From Armatimonadota bacterium (lineage in GTDB: Bacteria > Armatimonadota > SYMT01), in contig JBKBRF010000002.1 in NCBI GenBank assembly GCA_046292385.1, forward strand, positions 171,653 to 235,652: a DNA stretch of 64,000 bases, in the 5' to 3' direction. The number at the start of each line of letters is the position of its first letter. Position 1 is the first letter of the stretch. The position numbers and the translations under genes were made by a program. Positions 38,322 through 47,727 of this stretch are shown in pieces. A model generated the notes under the pieces. That model made no database searches, was not told the DNA's origin, and saw only the letters and a list, made by a program, of their open reading frames with translations.

Positions 38322-38575
38322 CCGAACCCTCCGTGAGCGGGAGGTCCTGCTCCTACTCTTGCTCCTGCTCGCTGGCGACCGGGTGTTTCCGGCACGTCTT
38401 CGTAGGGATGAGCGATGAGGGATGAAGGCGGGCCTTCCGGATCAGAGTGGGAGAGTGGGAGCAAGGGAGAGTGGGAGAGCCGCTCCCTCGGTGCTGTTAG
38501 CAGATTCCCGGCTCCGAGCCCCACCCGCCGGGGAGCGCAACCTGCAACCTGCCAACTTGCTAACCTGCAACAGAC
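38322..38575. repeat. Mosaic of several short-repeat modules
   Basis: ccgaaccctcc...ctgctc tract; gatgag(g/c) heptamers; gggagagt octamers; aacctgc units. Confidence 0.8.
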
Positions 38576-38695
38576 GTCTCCCACTCTCCATTGCCAAAGG
38601 ATTCGGGCACCTTAAAGCTGCGGCGCCGCGCTGACGGGATTCGGCGCGGCACCGCATAATGTACCTTCGAGCCTCACTTCGGCCCAGGACTCACG

Positions 38696-41068
38696 ATGCC
38701 CGCCACGCCGCCCACTCCGGAACCGGTCCTCGATCTCCACGATCCCTCCCTCTACATCAACCGGGAGCTGAGCTGGCTCGAGTTCAACCACCGGGTGCTG
38801 GAGGAGGCGCTGGAGCACGATAAGCCGCTGCTGGAGCGGTTGAAGTTCCTCTCGATCGTCAGCTCCAACCTGGACGAGTTCTTCATGGTCCGCGTCGCCG
38901 GCCTGAAGCGGCAGGTGCGCTCGCAGCGGATGCAGCGCGGTGCGGAAGGCCTGGCCGCGGAGGAGCAGCTCCGCCGTATTGCGGAGCGATGCCACCTGCT
39001 GGTGCGGGAGCAGGACCGCTGCCTGAACGAGGAGATCCTGCCGGGCCTGGCGGAGCACGGGATCGAGATCAAGCAGATCGAGCAGCTCACGCCGGAGCAG
39101 GCACGTTGGGTGAAGGACTACTTCCACCGGCAGGTCTTCCCGGTGCTCACCCCGCTCGGCATCGACCCGAGCCACCCGTTCCCCCAGCTCCGCAACCGCA
39201 GCCTCAACCTGGTGGTGACGCTCCGCAAGGGCCGGCCCGCCCCGGGCGGCTGGACCTCGCCGCTCTACCTGGCGGTGGTGCAGGTGCCGACCGGCATCCC
39301 GCGGCTGGTGCAGCTTCCGGCGGAGAAGGGCGTGCAGTTCGTGCTGCTGGAAGACGTGATCTGCGCCCAGATCTCCGAGCTGTTCCAGGGGCTCACCGTC
39401 ACCGGCTGCTACCCGTTCCGGATCACCCGCGACAGCGACCTCGAATTCGACGAGGAAGAGGCGGAGGACCTGCTGGAGCAGATCGAGCAGGAGCTGCGGA
39501 AGCGGGAGTGGGGCGACACGGTGCGCCTGGAGGTGACGAAGAGCTGCGGCCCGCGCGCGATGGAGGAGCTGCTCCAGGCGCTGGAGATCACGGAGCAGGA
39601 CGTCTACTGCCGCGCCGCGCCGCTGAACCAGACCGACTTCATGGCGCTCTACCGCCTGCCGGACTACGCGCACCTGAAGGACGCGCCGTTCGTGGCGCCG
39701 GAGGTCCGCCCGGTCCAGGGAGAGACCGACCTCTTCGCGGTGCTGCGCGAGCAGGACGTCCTGATCCACCACCCCTACGAGTCGTTCAACACGGTGGTGA
39801 AGTTCGTGGAGCAGGCGGCGGACGATCCGGACGTGCTGGCGATCAAGCAGACGCTCTACCGGACCAGCGGCGACTCCCCCCTGGTGGCGGCGCTCACCCG
39901 CGCGGCGGAGAACGGCAAGCAGGTGACCGCCATCGTGGAGCTGAAGGCGCGCTTCGACGAGGAGAACAACATCGGCTGGGCCCGCCGGCTGGAGCGCTCC
40001 GGCGTCCACGTGGTCTACGGCCTGATGGGCCTCAAGATCCACTGCAAGCTGCTCCTGGTGGTGCGCCGCGAGCCGGGGGAGGACCGTCTCCGGCGCTACG
40101 TGCACCTCGGTACCGGGAACTACAATCCCAGCACGGCGCGGCTCTACACCGATCTCGGCCTGCTCACCAGCTCGCTGCGGATCGGCCAGGACGTCTCCCG
40201 CCTCTTCAACGTGCTGACCGGCTACTCCGAGTTTCCGAAGTGGCGGCGGCTCGCCGTCTCCCCGCTTGGCCTTCGCGAGCGGGTAGTCGAGCTGATCGAG
40301 CGGGAAGCGGAGCACGCGCGCAAGGGCCGGCAGGGGCGCATCATCGCGCAGATGAACAGCCTGGTCGATCCGGAGGCGATCCGCGCCCTCTACCGCGCCT
40401 CCCAGGCCGGCGTCTCGATCGACCTGATCGTCCGCGGCGTCTGCTGCCTCCGCGCGCAGGTGCCGGGGGTCAGCGACAACATCCGGGTCCGCAGCATCGT
40501 CGGGCGAGACCTGGAGCACCGCCGGATCTTCTACTTCCGCAGTGGCGGCGAGGAAGAAGTCTACCTGGCGAGCGCGGACTGGATGCCGCGGAACTTCCTG
40601 CGGCGCGTGGAGGTGATGTTCCCGGTGGAAGACCCGGCGCTGCGGCGGCGAGTGGCGGAGATGCTGCACCTGGCGCTGCGGGACAACGTGAACGCGCGCC
40701 AGCTCTGCGCGGACGGGCGCTACGTGCCGGTGAAGCCGAAACGGGGGCAGAACCGCCTCGACAGCCAGCTCGCTTTCCGCGACCGCGCCCTGCGGGAGCA
40801 CGCGACGCCGCGCGAGCGCGCGCTCGGCACCGACCTGCTGGTACGGGACCTGAGCCACCCGGGCGGGCCGGAACACGTGGCGCTCACCGCGCTCTTCCCG
40901 GTCCGGAACACCCCGCCCGAGTTGCCGCACGAGCCGGTCCATCCGCCCGACCCGGTACCGCCCAACGGCAGCCGGAACGGTCACGCCGGCGTCAACGGCG
41001 CCGGGACACCGTACGTCCCGGAGCAGGAGGCGGAAGAAGCGCTCTACGACGACGCCAGCGGCGTTTGA
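38696..41068 (+). CDS. ppk1: Polyphosphate kinase 1
   Basis: YINRELSWLEFN, SNLDEFFMVRVAG, HHPYESF, ELKARFDEENNI, HLGTGNYN, SADWMPRN. Confidence 0.98.
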   Translation: MPATPPTPEPVLDLHDPSLYINRELSWLEFNHRVLEEALEHDKPLLERLKFLSIVSSNLDEFFMVRVAGLKRQVRSQRMQRGAEGLAAEEQLRRIAERCHLLVREQDRCLNEEILPGLAEHGIEIKQIEQLTPEQARWVKDYFHRQVFPVLTPLGIDPSHPFPQLRNRSLNLVVTLRKGRPAPGGWTSPLYLAVVQVPTGIPRLVQLPAEKGVQFVLLEDVICAQISELFQGLTVTGCYPFRITRDSDLEFDEEEAEDLLEQIEQELRKREWGDTVRLEVTKSCGPRAMEELLQALEITEQDVYCRAAPLNQTDFMALYRLPDYAHLKDAPFVAPEVRPVQGETDLFAVLREQDVLIHHPYESFNTVVKFVEQAADDPDVLAIKQTLYRTSGDSPLVAALTRAAENGKQVTAIVELKARFDEENNIGWARRLERSGVHVVYGLMGLKIHCKLLLVVRREPGEDRLRRYVHLGTGNYNPSTARLYTDLGLLTSSLRIGQDVSRLFNVLTGYSEFPKWRRLAVSPLGLRERVVELIEREAEHARKGRQGRIIAQMNSLVDPEAIRALYRASQAGVSIDLIVRGVCCLRAQVPGVSDNIRVRSIVGRDLEHRRIFYFRSGGEEEVYLASADWMPRNFLRRVEVMFPVEDPALRRRVAEMLHLALRDNVNARQLCADGRYVPVKPKRGQNRLDSQLAFRDRALREHATPRERALGTDLLVRDLSHPGGPEHVALTALFPVRNTPPELPHEPVHPPDPVPPNGSRNGHAGVNGAGTPYVPEQEAEEALYDDASGV

Positions 41069-41140
41069 CCTGTTTCCAGTTGGCAGGTTAGCAGGTTTCA
41101 GGTTGTGCCTCCGTAGGCGGGTCCGAAACCTGCAAACCTG

Positions 41141-42241
41141 CTAACCCGGCTCCCCTTCGAGAATCAGGTCCGCGACGCGGTTGCCGATCTCGACGGTCGG
41201 CAGGTGGCCGCCGAGGTCGGGGCCGAGCAGCTTCCCCGCCGCGAGGCCCGACTCGACGGCGCGGTGGACCCGCCGGCCCGCTTTCCGGAGCGGCTCGTCG
41301 TCGTGGCGCTCGCCCAGCCAGTCGAGGAGCATCGCGGCGCTCAGGATCGCGGCGAGCGGGTTGGCGAGGCCCTGCCCGGCAATGTCCGGCGCGGTGCCGT
41401 GAGTCGGCTGGAAGACGGCGTGGCGGTCGCCCAGATCCGCGGACGGCGCGAGGCCGAGCCCGCCCGCCAGGGCGGGACCGAGATCGGAGAGGATGTCGCC
41501 GAACATGTTCTCGGTGACGAGGACGTCGAACTGCTCCGGCTGGCGGACCAGCTTCATGGCGCAGGCGTCGACGTATTCGTGCCGCGCCTCCAGGTCCGGG
41601 TAGCCGGCGGCGACCTCGTCGAAGACCTGCCGGAAGAAGGCGGAGGAGCGGAAGACGTTCGCCTTGTCGACGCAGGTCACGCGCCCCGGCCTGCCGCGTT
41701 CCCGGGCGCGCCGGCGGGCCCACTCGAAGGCGGCGCGGCAGACCCGCTCTGTCCCCTTGCGGGTGATTACCTGCTGGTCGGTTGCCACCTCATCCCGCAG
41801 CACCACGCCGCCGCCGAGGGAGGCGAAGAGCCCTTCGGTGCTCTCCCGCACCACGACGAAGTCGACCTCCTCCGGCCGCTTTTGCGCCAGCACGGCGGGC
41901 ACGCCCGGATACCAGCGCACGGGGCGGATGCCGGCGTAGAGGTCGAGCCGGAACCGCAGCTCGATCTGCGGCACCATCTCGGTCCCGTCCGGCCAGCGGA
42001 CGTCCGGCAGCCCCATCGCGCCGAGAAAGACCGCGTCGACCTCCCGGCAGCGGGAGAGGGTCGCCTCCGGCAGCGGCGCGCCGTTCTCCAGGTACTCCCC
42101 CGCGCCGGCGGGCAGCGCCTCCATCTCCAGCTGGAAGCCGCCGACCGCCTGCTCGGCGGCGCGCAGGGCGCGCACCCCCTCCGCGGTCACCTCCGGCCCG
42201 ATCCCGTCTCCCGGCAGCACGGCGATCTGGTAAGTCCGCAT
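41141..42241 (-). CDS. Isocitrate/isopropylmalate/tartrate dehydrogenase family protein
   Basis: [49 protein letters not shown]; substrate not assignable. Confidence 0.93.
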   Translation of the reverse strand: MRTYQIAVLPGDGIGPEVTAEGVRALRAAEQAVGGFQLEMEALPAGAGEYLENGAPLPEATLSRCREVDAVFLGAMGLPDVRWPDGTEMVPQIELRFRLDLYAGIRPVRWYPGVPAVLAQKRPEEVDFVVVRESTEGLFASLGGGVVLRDEVATDQQVITRKGTERVCRAAFEWARRRARERGRPGRVTCVDKANVFRSSAFFRQVFDEVAAGYPDLEARHEYVDACAMKLVRQPEQFDVLVTENMFGDILSDLGPALAGGLGLAPSADLGDRHAVFQPTHGTAPDIAGQGLANPLAAILSAAMLLDWLGERHDDEPLRKAGRRVHRAVESGLAAGKLLGPDLGGHLPTVEIGNRVADLILEGEPG

Positions 42242-42510
42242 GGCCTCTACCCCCTGCGGGGAGGTTGCGCGGTCGGCGCCATCATCCCTGCGGTGAAGGA
42301 GCCGCCCAGCCGACGCTGCCTTTGACACAGAAGGACGCTGTGAATGCACAGAAGGAACACAGACTTGGGACTGGAATGGCCTTCGGCCGGATGCCAATCA
42401 CAGTGCTCGATTCGCGGTCGATGCGTGGCCCGGCACCTGTTTAGCACGAGATTCTGCTCTGAAAATGCCCCGCGACGGCGTAGGACGATAGGTTGGCGCT
42501 GCGGCGCGGC

Positions 42511-42610
42511 CTAACCCCCCAAACTCCCTTCCCTGCGAGGGAAGGGGGAGTCAGCTTGCCTAACATCCATAGCTCCCCTCTCCTCGCAGGAGAGGGGTCG
42601 GGGGGTGAGG
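42511..42610. repeat. REP-like inverted doublet
   Basis: Hairpins cccttccct-gcg-agggaaggg and cccctctcct-cgc-aggagagggg in opposite orientation with cct(a/c)accccc flanks. Confidence 0.8.
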
Positions 42611-43023
42611 CCGCGTGAGAAGTAGCACTCACTCTGTTTTCATCCACCCCGGGTGCGCAGAGCGGCAGCGGCAACTCTGTGTCGAAGATCCAGGACCGAA
42701 ACGAAGGACGGAGGCGCGGGTCAACCAAAGATTCTCGACGTCTTCGAAAACTCGCAAAATAGTTGGAACCCGGGCGGGCAACCACGGGTCTGGGGCCTGA
42801 CTCACTCTCTATCTCGCGCCGGAAACGGAGTGCCGGATCGGGTACACTCGGTACCAGGCGGGCACACTCCCCGTGCGGTGCGGCGGAGCTGAGTCGTTCC
42901 GCACCCTATCCGCCCGCCTTCGCGAGGGACACCACCCGGCGTCACTCGCCGGGCGCGACGGGTAGGATCATGTTGGACTTCTCCCTTCCCCTGACGGGGT
43001 CAATTGAAAGGAGTCAGGCAGCC

Positions 43024-45678
43024 ATGAAACGCCTCGGTTGCCTGGTGATACTGGCTGGACTGCTCTTCGGGGCGCGTCCGGCCGCCGCGGATCCGTATGC
43101 CAGCGCCCGCCTGAGCGACGCGCGCGGAAACGTCTCCGTACGCGGCGCCGAAGAGACCGAGATCACCTACGTGGAGCGCAACGCCGTGCTCCGCGAGGGG
43201 GATACGCTCTGGACCGACCGCAGCGGAAACGCCGAGATCGAGCTGGAGAGCGGCACCTGGGTGCGCCTCTCCGAGGACACGAAGCTGGAGCTCCAGCGCC
43301 TGCCTCCCAGCACGGAGCTGCGGGTCTGGACCGGCTCGGTCTACGTGGACGTTTCCGACCGCGCCCTCACCGCCACCCGGCTGATTACGCCGGTGGGCGA
43401 CGTGGACGTGGAGCCGGAGAGCGTGGTGCGCATCGACCTGAGCCGCGACGAGAGCGCCCGCGTGAGCGTGCTACACGGCCGCGCCCGCGTGGCGCCGGTG
43501 GACGGCTCTCCCGTCGGCCTGCAGACCGGCGAGCGGACCTACCTGGAGTGGGGCCGCGGGGTGGAGCGCCCGTCGCCGTTCAGCCGGGATGAGCTGGACG
43601 GCTTCGACCGCTACCACCGGGAGCGAGTTGACTACTACATCGACCGGCCCGTGCCGCGCGAGCTGGAGCGCGACATCCTGGGCGCGCGGGACCTGAACGA
43701 CTACGGCACCTGGGTGGTGGTGGACCACGTCCGCTACTACCGGCCCACCTGCCCGCCGGACTGGCGCCCCTACTCCACTGGCTACTGGAGCTACGTGCCC
43801 AGCTTCGGCTACTCGTGGGTCGACTACTCCCCGTGGGGCTACGCCACCAGCCACTACGGCCGCTGGCGCTACATGCCGTCCCACGGCTGGCTCTGGGCGC
43901 CCGGTTACGTGTGGGGACCCTCGTACGTCTACTGGTCCAACTACGGCAGCTATTGCGGCTGGGCGCCGCTGGACCCGTGGGGACGCCCCGCCTACTACGG
44001 TCCGGGCAACTTCACGTCGTTCAACTTCATCATTGACTTCCGCAGCTGGACCTTCTGCCCGCGGGACCGGTTCTACTACGGTCGCCACCACCGCAGCTTC
44101 GCGGGCCACGGCGGCCACGGCGGACGCGGCGGACGGTTCCTCTTCGGCGGTCACGAGATCCGGAACAACCCGACTGACTTCCACCTGGTACGGGACTTCT
44201 CCCGGGAGATCGGCGTCCCGCGCGACGGCGGGCGCGGCCTCCTGGTGGGCCACAACGGCCTGCGGGCGCGAGACAGCGTCCTGCGGCTGGAGAACGGCCT
44301 GCCCGCCGGGCGGCTGAAGCAGATCGAGAACCGGTTCAAGGTGCCGGGCACGCGCGACCGGGATCACGCCCGCCGCGACAGCGGCCTGGAGAACCTGCTC
44401 CGGAACCCGGACGCCCGCATCGATGACAACCGCATCCTGAAGGGCCCCGAGGCGCTGAAGCGGCTCGGACGGTCGAACCCGAACGAGGGCGGCGAGCTTC
44501 GGAACGAGCGGCCCACCTCGCCGGTGCGGAACGGCGCCGGCCGCGGGAATGACCGCCCCGGCTCTCCGCTGGGACGTGGTGAGGACCGCCGGCCGAGCGC
44601 AGACCGTCCGGGCAATGACCGGCCCAACGCAGACCGGCCGACCCCGCGCCAGGATGGTCCGCTGGGCAACCCGGGCCGCGGAAACGACGAGCCGCACAAC
44701 GGCGAGCCGAACCGCACCCCCGACCCGGCTCGAAAGCCCGACCCGGCGCAGAAGCCCGACCCGGCCCGGCGGCCGGAGCCCTCGCGCCGGCCGGAGCCGC
44801 GCGACTCCGACGGGCGCAGCGCTCCGAACCCGTTCGAGCGGCGGCAGCAGCACGAGCAGCGCCAACCGGACCGCCAGCCCGAGCGTCAACCGGACCGACA
44901 GCCGGACCGGCGCGAGAGCGACCGGCGGCGGGAGCGCAGCGCCTTCGAGCCGCGCACCCCGGCGCCCGCCCTCGGAAACCCGGGCGCAAGCCCGTCGCCG
45001 GGAGCCGGCTCCCGGGACGACCGCTTCCGCCGAGGCAGCGGCTCGGGCCTGGGAGACCGGAATGACCGACCGTCGCCCGGCACCTCTCCGGCCTCTCCGC
45101 TGCGACCGGACGCCGGCCGGCAGCCGGATGCGCCGCGGTCGTCGTACCGCGACTTCCCCTCGCGCAGCGGCGGCTCCAGCGGCGGCGTAGACCGGAGCTC
45201 GGGCTTCCGCCGGGGCGAGCCGAGCCCGCCTCGGGGCGGAGACAGCCGCTCCGTGACGCCGGGCCCCGGGAGCGCGCCCTCCGGCGGCAGCTACCGGGAC
45301 TTCCGGTCGCCGTCCACGGCGCCCCGGTCGCTCGGCCCGTCCGGCGGATCGTCCAGCTCGCCGTACACCCGGCCGGGGGGCGGCAGCACCCCGTTCGGAG
45401 CGGGACGGAGCCCGAGCCCCAGCCCGTCCGGCGGCAGCTATTCCCCCCGGACCGGCGGCAGCTCGCCGTCCCGCGGGAGCGAGCGCGGCAGCTATCGCTC
45501 GCCGCTGGGGAGCCGCGGCAGCCCGTTCCCGTCTCGCGGCGGCGTGAGCGCGCCCCGCAGCCTCGGACCGTCGCGGTCGCCGTCCTTCGGCAGCCGCGGC
45601 TCCGCGAGTCCGAGCCGGTCCAACGGGGGAAGCTCCTCCGGCGGCCGGTCCGGCGGCTTCTCGCGCCGCGGCCGGTAA
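43024..45678 (+). CDS. Secreted FecR-domain / DUF6600 protein with a long disordered Arg/Pro/Gly/Ser tail
   Basis: Signal peptide MKRLGCLVILAG; GDTLWT....AEIE...G..VRL; LNDYGTW, WRPY..GYW, PWGYATSHYGRW, WGPSYV.W, GWAPL; AAGGAG SD. Confidence 0.85.
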   Translation: MKRLGCLVILAGLLFGARPAAADPYASARLSDARGNVSVRGAEETEITYVERNAVLREGDTLWTDRSGNAEIELESGTWVRLSEDTKLELQRLPPSTELRVWTGSVYVDVSDRALTATRLITPVGDVDVEPESVVRIDLSRDESARVSVLHGRARVAPVDGSPVGLQTGERTYLEWGRGVERPSPFSRDELDGFDRYHRERVDYYIDRPVPRELERDILGARDLNDYGTWVVVDHVRYYRPTCPPDWRPYSTGYWSYVPSFGYSWVDYSPWGYATSHYGRWRYMPSHGWLWAPGYVWGPSYVYWSNYGSYCGWAPLDPWGRPAYYGPGNFTSFNFIIDFRSWTFCPRDRFYYGRHHRSFAGHGGHGGRGGRFLFGGHEIRNNPTDFHLVRDFSREIGVPRDGGRGLLVGHNGLRARDSVLRLENGLPAGRLKQIENRFKVPGTRDRDHARRDSGLENLLRNPDARIDDNRILKGPEALKRLGRSNPNEGGELRNERPTSPVRNGAGRGNDRPGSPLGRGEDRRPSADRPGNDRPNADRPTPRQDGPLGNPGRGNDEPHNGEPNRTPDPARKPDPAQKPDPARRPEPSRRPEPRDSDGRSAPNPFERRQQHEQRQPDRQPERQPDRQPDRRESDRRRERSAFEPRTPAPALGNPGASPSPGAGSRDDRFRRGSGSGLGDRNDRPSPGTSPASPLRPDAGRQPDAPRSSYRDFPSRSGGSSGGVDRSSGFRRGEPSPPRGGDSRSVTPGPGSAPSGGSYRDFRSPSTAPRSLGPSGGSSSSPYTRPGGGSTPFGAGRSPSPSPSGGSYSPRTGGSSPSRGSERGSYRSPLGSRGSPFPSRGGVSAPRSLGPSRSPSFGSRGSASPSRSNGGSSSGGRSGGFSRRGR

Positions 45679-45750
45679 GCTCACGCGGCCCAGGCCGCGG
45701 CGGTGACACGGGATGGACGTTTGCCCCGGCTCCGGGGTAAACGTCCATCT

Positions 45751-46683
45751 GTGTCTTACCCCGCCCCTACCCGTCCCCCGCTGGCGATCCTGACCGGACC
45801 CACCGCCGTCGGCAAGACCGAAGTCTCGCTCGACGTGGCGGAGCGCCTCGGCACGGAGATCCTCTCCGCCGACTCGATGGCGGTCTACCGCCGCATGGAC
45901 GCCGCCACCGCCAAGCCCTCCGCCGCGGCGCGGGCGCGCGTGCCGCATCACCTGATCGACCTCGTCGACCCGACCGAGCCGTTCACCGTCGCCGACTACC
46001 GCGAAGCGGCGATCCCGATCGTGGAGCGTCTCTACGCGGAGGGGAAGCGGCCGCTCTTCGTCGGCGGGACCCGCCTCTACCTCCGCGCGCTCACGGCGCC
46101 GTTCGCCACGGGGCCGGAGCCCGACCCCGAGCTTCGGGCGCGTCTCAAGGAGCAATCGACCGAGGCGCTGCACGCGGAGCTGGCGCGGGTCGATCCCGCT
46201 ACGGCGGCCTGGGTGCATCCCGCGGACCGGAAGCGGATCGTCCGCGCGCTGGAGGTCTGGCACAAGACCGGCCGGCCGATCTCCGAGGTCCAGGCGGAGA
46301 GCCGCGAGGAGGGCGGTCTCTACCCGGCGACCTGGGTGGCGCTGGTCCGGGACCGGGAGGAGCTCTACCAGCGGGTCGATTCCCGCGTGGACGAGATGAT
46401 CCGGGACGGGCTGGTGGAGGAAGTCCAGGGCTTCCTCCACGAGGGCCTCGGCCCGGATACCCCCGCCATGGCCGGCCACGGCTACAAGGAGATCATGCGG
46501 GCGCTCCTGGGCGAGTACTCCCTCGACGAAGGAATCCGGCTGCTGAAACGAAACACCCGCCGCTACGTGAAGTACCAGCTCATGTGGCTGCGGGGCATGC
46601 CGGAAGTCCGCTACGTCCGCGCCGACCAGCCGCACGAGCGGGTGGTGGAGGAGGTGCTTAGAGGGATGAACGATGAGGGATGA
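45751..46683 (+). CDS. miaA: tRNA dimethylallyltransferase
   Basis: GPTAVGKT, SADSM.VYR, TAKP, VGGTRLY, RIVRALEV, TRRYVKYQ..W. Confidence 0.96.
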   Translation: MSYPAPTRPPLAILTGPTAVGKTEVSLDVAERLGTEILSADSMAVYRRMDAATAKPSAAARARVPHHLIDLVDPTEPFTVADYREAAIPIVERLYAEGKRPLFVGGTRLYLRALTAPFATGPEPDPELRARLKEQSTEALHAELARVDPATAAWVHPADRKRIVRALEVWHKTGRPISEVQAESREEGGLYPATWVALVRDREELYQRVDSRVDEMIRDGLVEEVQGFLHEGLGPDTPAMAGHGYKEIMRALLGEYSLDEGIRLLKRNTRRYVKYQLMWLRGMPEVRYVRADQPHERVVEEVLRGMNDEG

Positions 46684-46857
46684 ATTCGAACCCTCCGTGC
46701 ACGGGAGGTCTTGCTCCTGCTCTTGCTCTTGCTCGCTGGCGACCCTCGCTCTCCGGCGCGTCCCCGCCAGCCGATCCAGGCGCGTTGGAACCGCGGGCGC
46801 AACCTTCCCGGCAGCTTCATCCCTTCAGTAGAGGAAGCCGAGAGAACTTCCGAGCTG

Positions 46858-47049
46858 GGGATTCACCGCGGAGACGCGGTGGACGCAGAGAGAACCCGAA
46901 CCGGACTAACCGCCAAGACGCCAAGAGCCGCCAAGATTGAACAAAGTAGTAGTAGCTGGGGTCGCAGTATGGGACTCGTGAAGCGGACCAAGCCCCATCC
47001 TCTGGTTCCAGTTCCCTCTGCGCTCTCCGCGTCCTCTGCGGTGAATCCC
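46858..47049. repeat. ~190-bp palindromic element with internal cgccaaga repeats
   Basis: Ends gggattcaccgcggagacgcgg and ccgcgtcctctgcggtgaatccc. Confidence 0.8.
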
Positions 47050-47174
47050 GGTTCGGACTCACCTCCCCGACCGACCCCGCGCATCTAAAGAAGGTTGACT
47101 TGCCCGCGTTTGGGGAAATAGAGCCCATCTTCTTCGCCGCGCGGCGGAGACCGGCCACGGAAAGGGGGGCGCGG

Positions 47175-47633
47175 ATGTCTGTTACTCTACGAGGCGGCGA
47201 CCGGCAGGGTCCCGCCAGGAACAGCGCGCTGGCGGAGGCGATCCGCCACGTAGAGTCCGCACTCGAGCCGCCGCATCCGGGAGCCGAGAGCGAGTGGATC
47301 CTCCGCGCCAGTCGGAAGATCCGGGACGGCGCCCGCGCGCTGGCGACCCACCGCGCGGTAGTCGACGCTCCGGACGGGCTCTACGCGCAGGTGGAGGGGG
47401 TTACCCCGCCGGCCGGGCCGCACCTCCGCGGGCTGCGGCGCCAGAGCGGGGCCACGCTGGAGGACGCCAGCCACCTGGAGCGCGCCGCCGGCGCTGCGGC
47501 CGGCGACCCGGAGAACGTGGATGCCGTGCTGGCGCGAGCGCGGGAGCTGGTCGGGGCCCTCTGGCGACTGCAACAGCGGGAGGTGGAGCTGCTGGTTCAG
47601 GCGTACGAGCAAGATATCGGCGCGGGCGATTGA
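47175..47633 (+). CDS. Hypothetical helical protein, possibly hemerythrin-like
   Basis: H..VVDAPDGLYAQV; C-terminal AYEQDIGAGD; ATG 47175 with G-rich SD. Confidence 0.55.
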   Translation: MSVTLRGGDRQGPARNSALAEAIRHVESALEPPHPGAESEWILRASRKIRDGARALATHRAVVDAPDGLYAQVEGVTPPAGPHLRGLRRQSGATLEDASHLERAAGAAAGDPENVDAVLARARELVGALWRLQQREVELLVQAYEQDIGAGD

Positions 47634-47727
47634 CGGCGCTCGCACCGAGGCCGGGAACCACGGAGCCGCTTCTACCGTCAGCAATGAAGAGCGCCCTGGC
47701 GGCGCGAAACCTGGGAGGGAGCTGCGG

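Noticed and set aside
38282..38575. Possible CRISPR array
   Set aside because: Units are 6-8 nt with no unique spacers; no cas genes in the window
38612..40984. 790-aa ORF antisense to ppk1
   Set aside because: Shadow of a GC-rich coding strand; no motifs. The same applies to 1330-3297, 4068-5990, 12830-14437, 21139-22749 and 29010-30626
41141..42241. Naming the dehydrogenase leuB
   Set aside because: No leu genes nearby, and the family includes tartrate and other decarboxylating dehydrogenases
43471..46635. 1054-aa minus-strand ORF
   Set aside because: Antisense to miaA and the DUF6600 gene; stop-poor because of GC content
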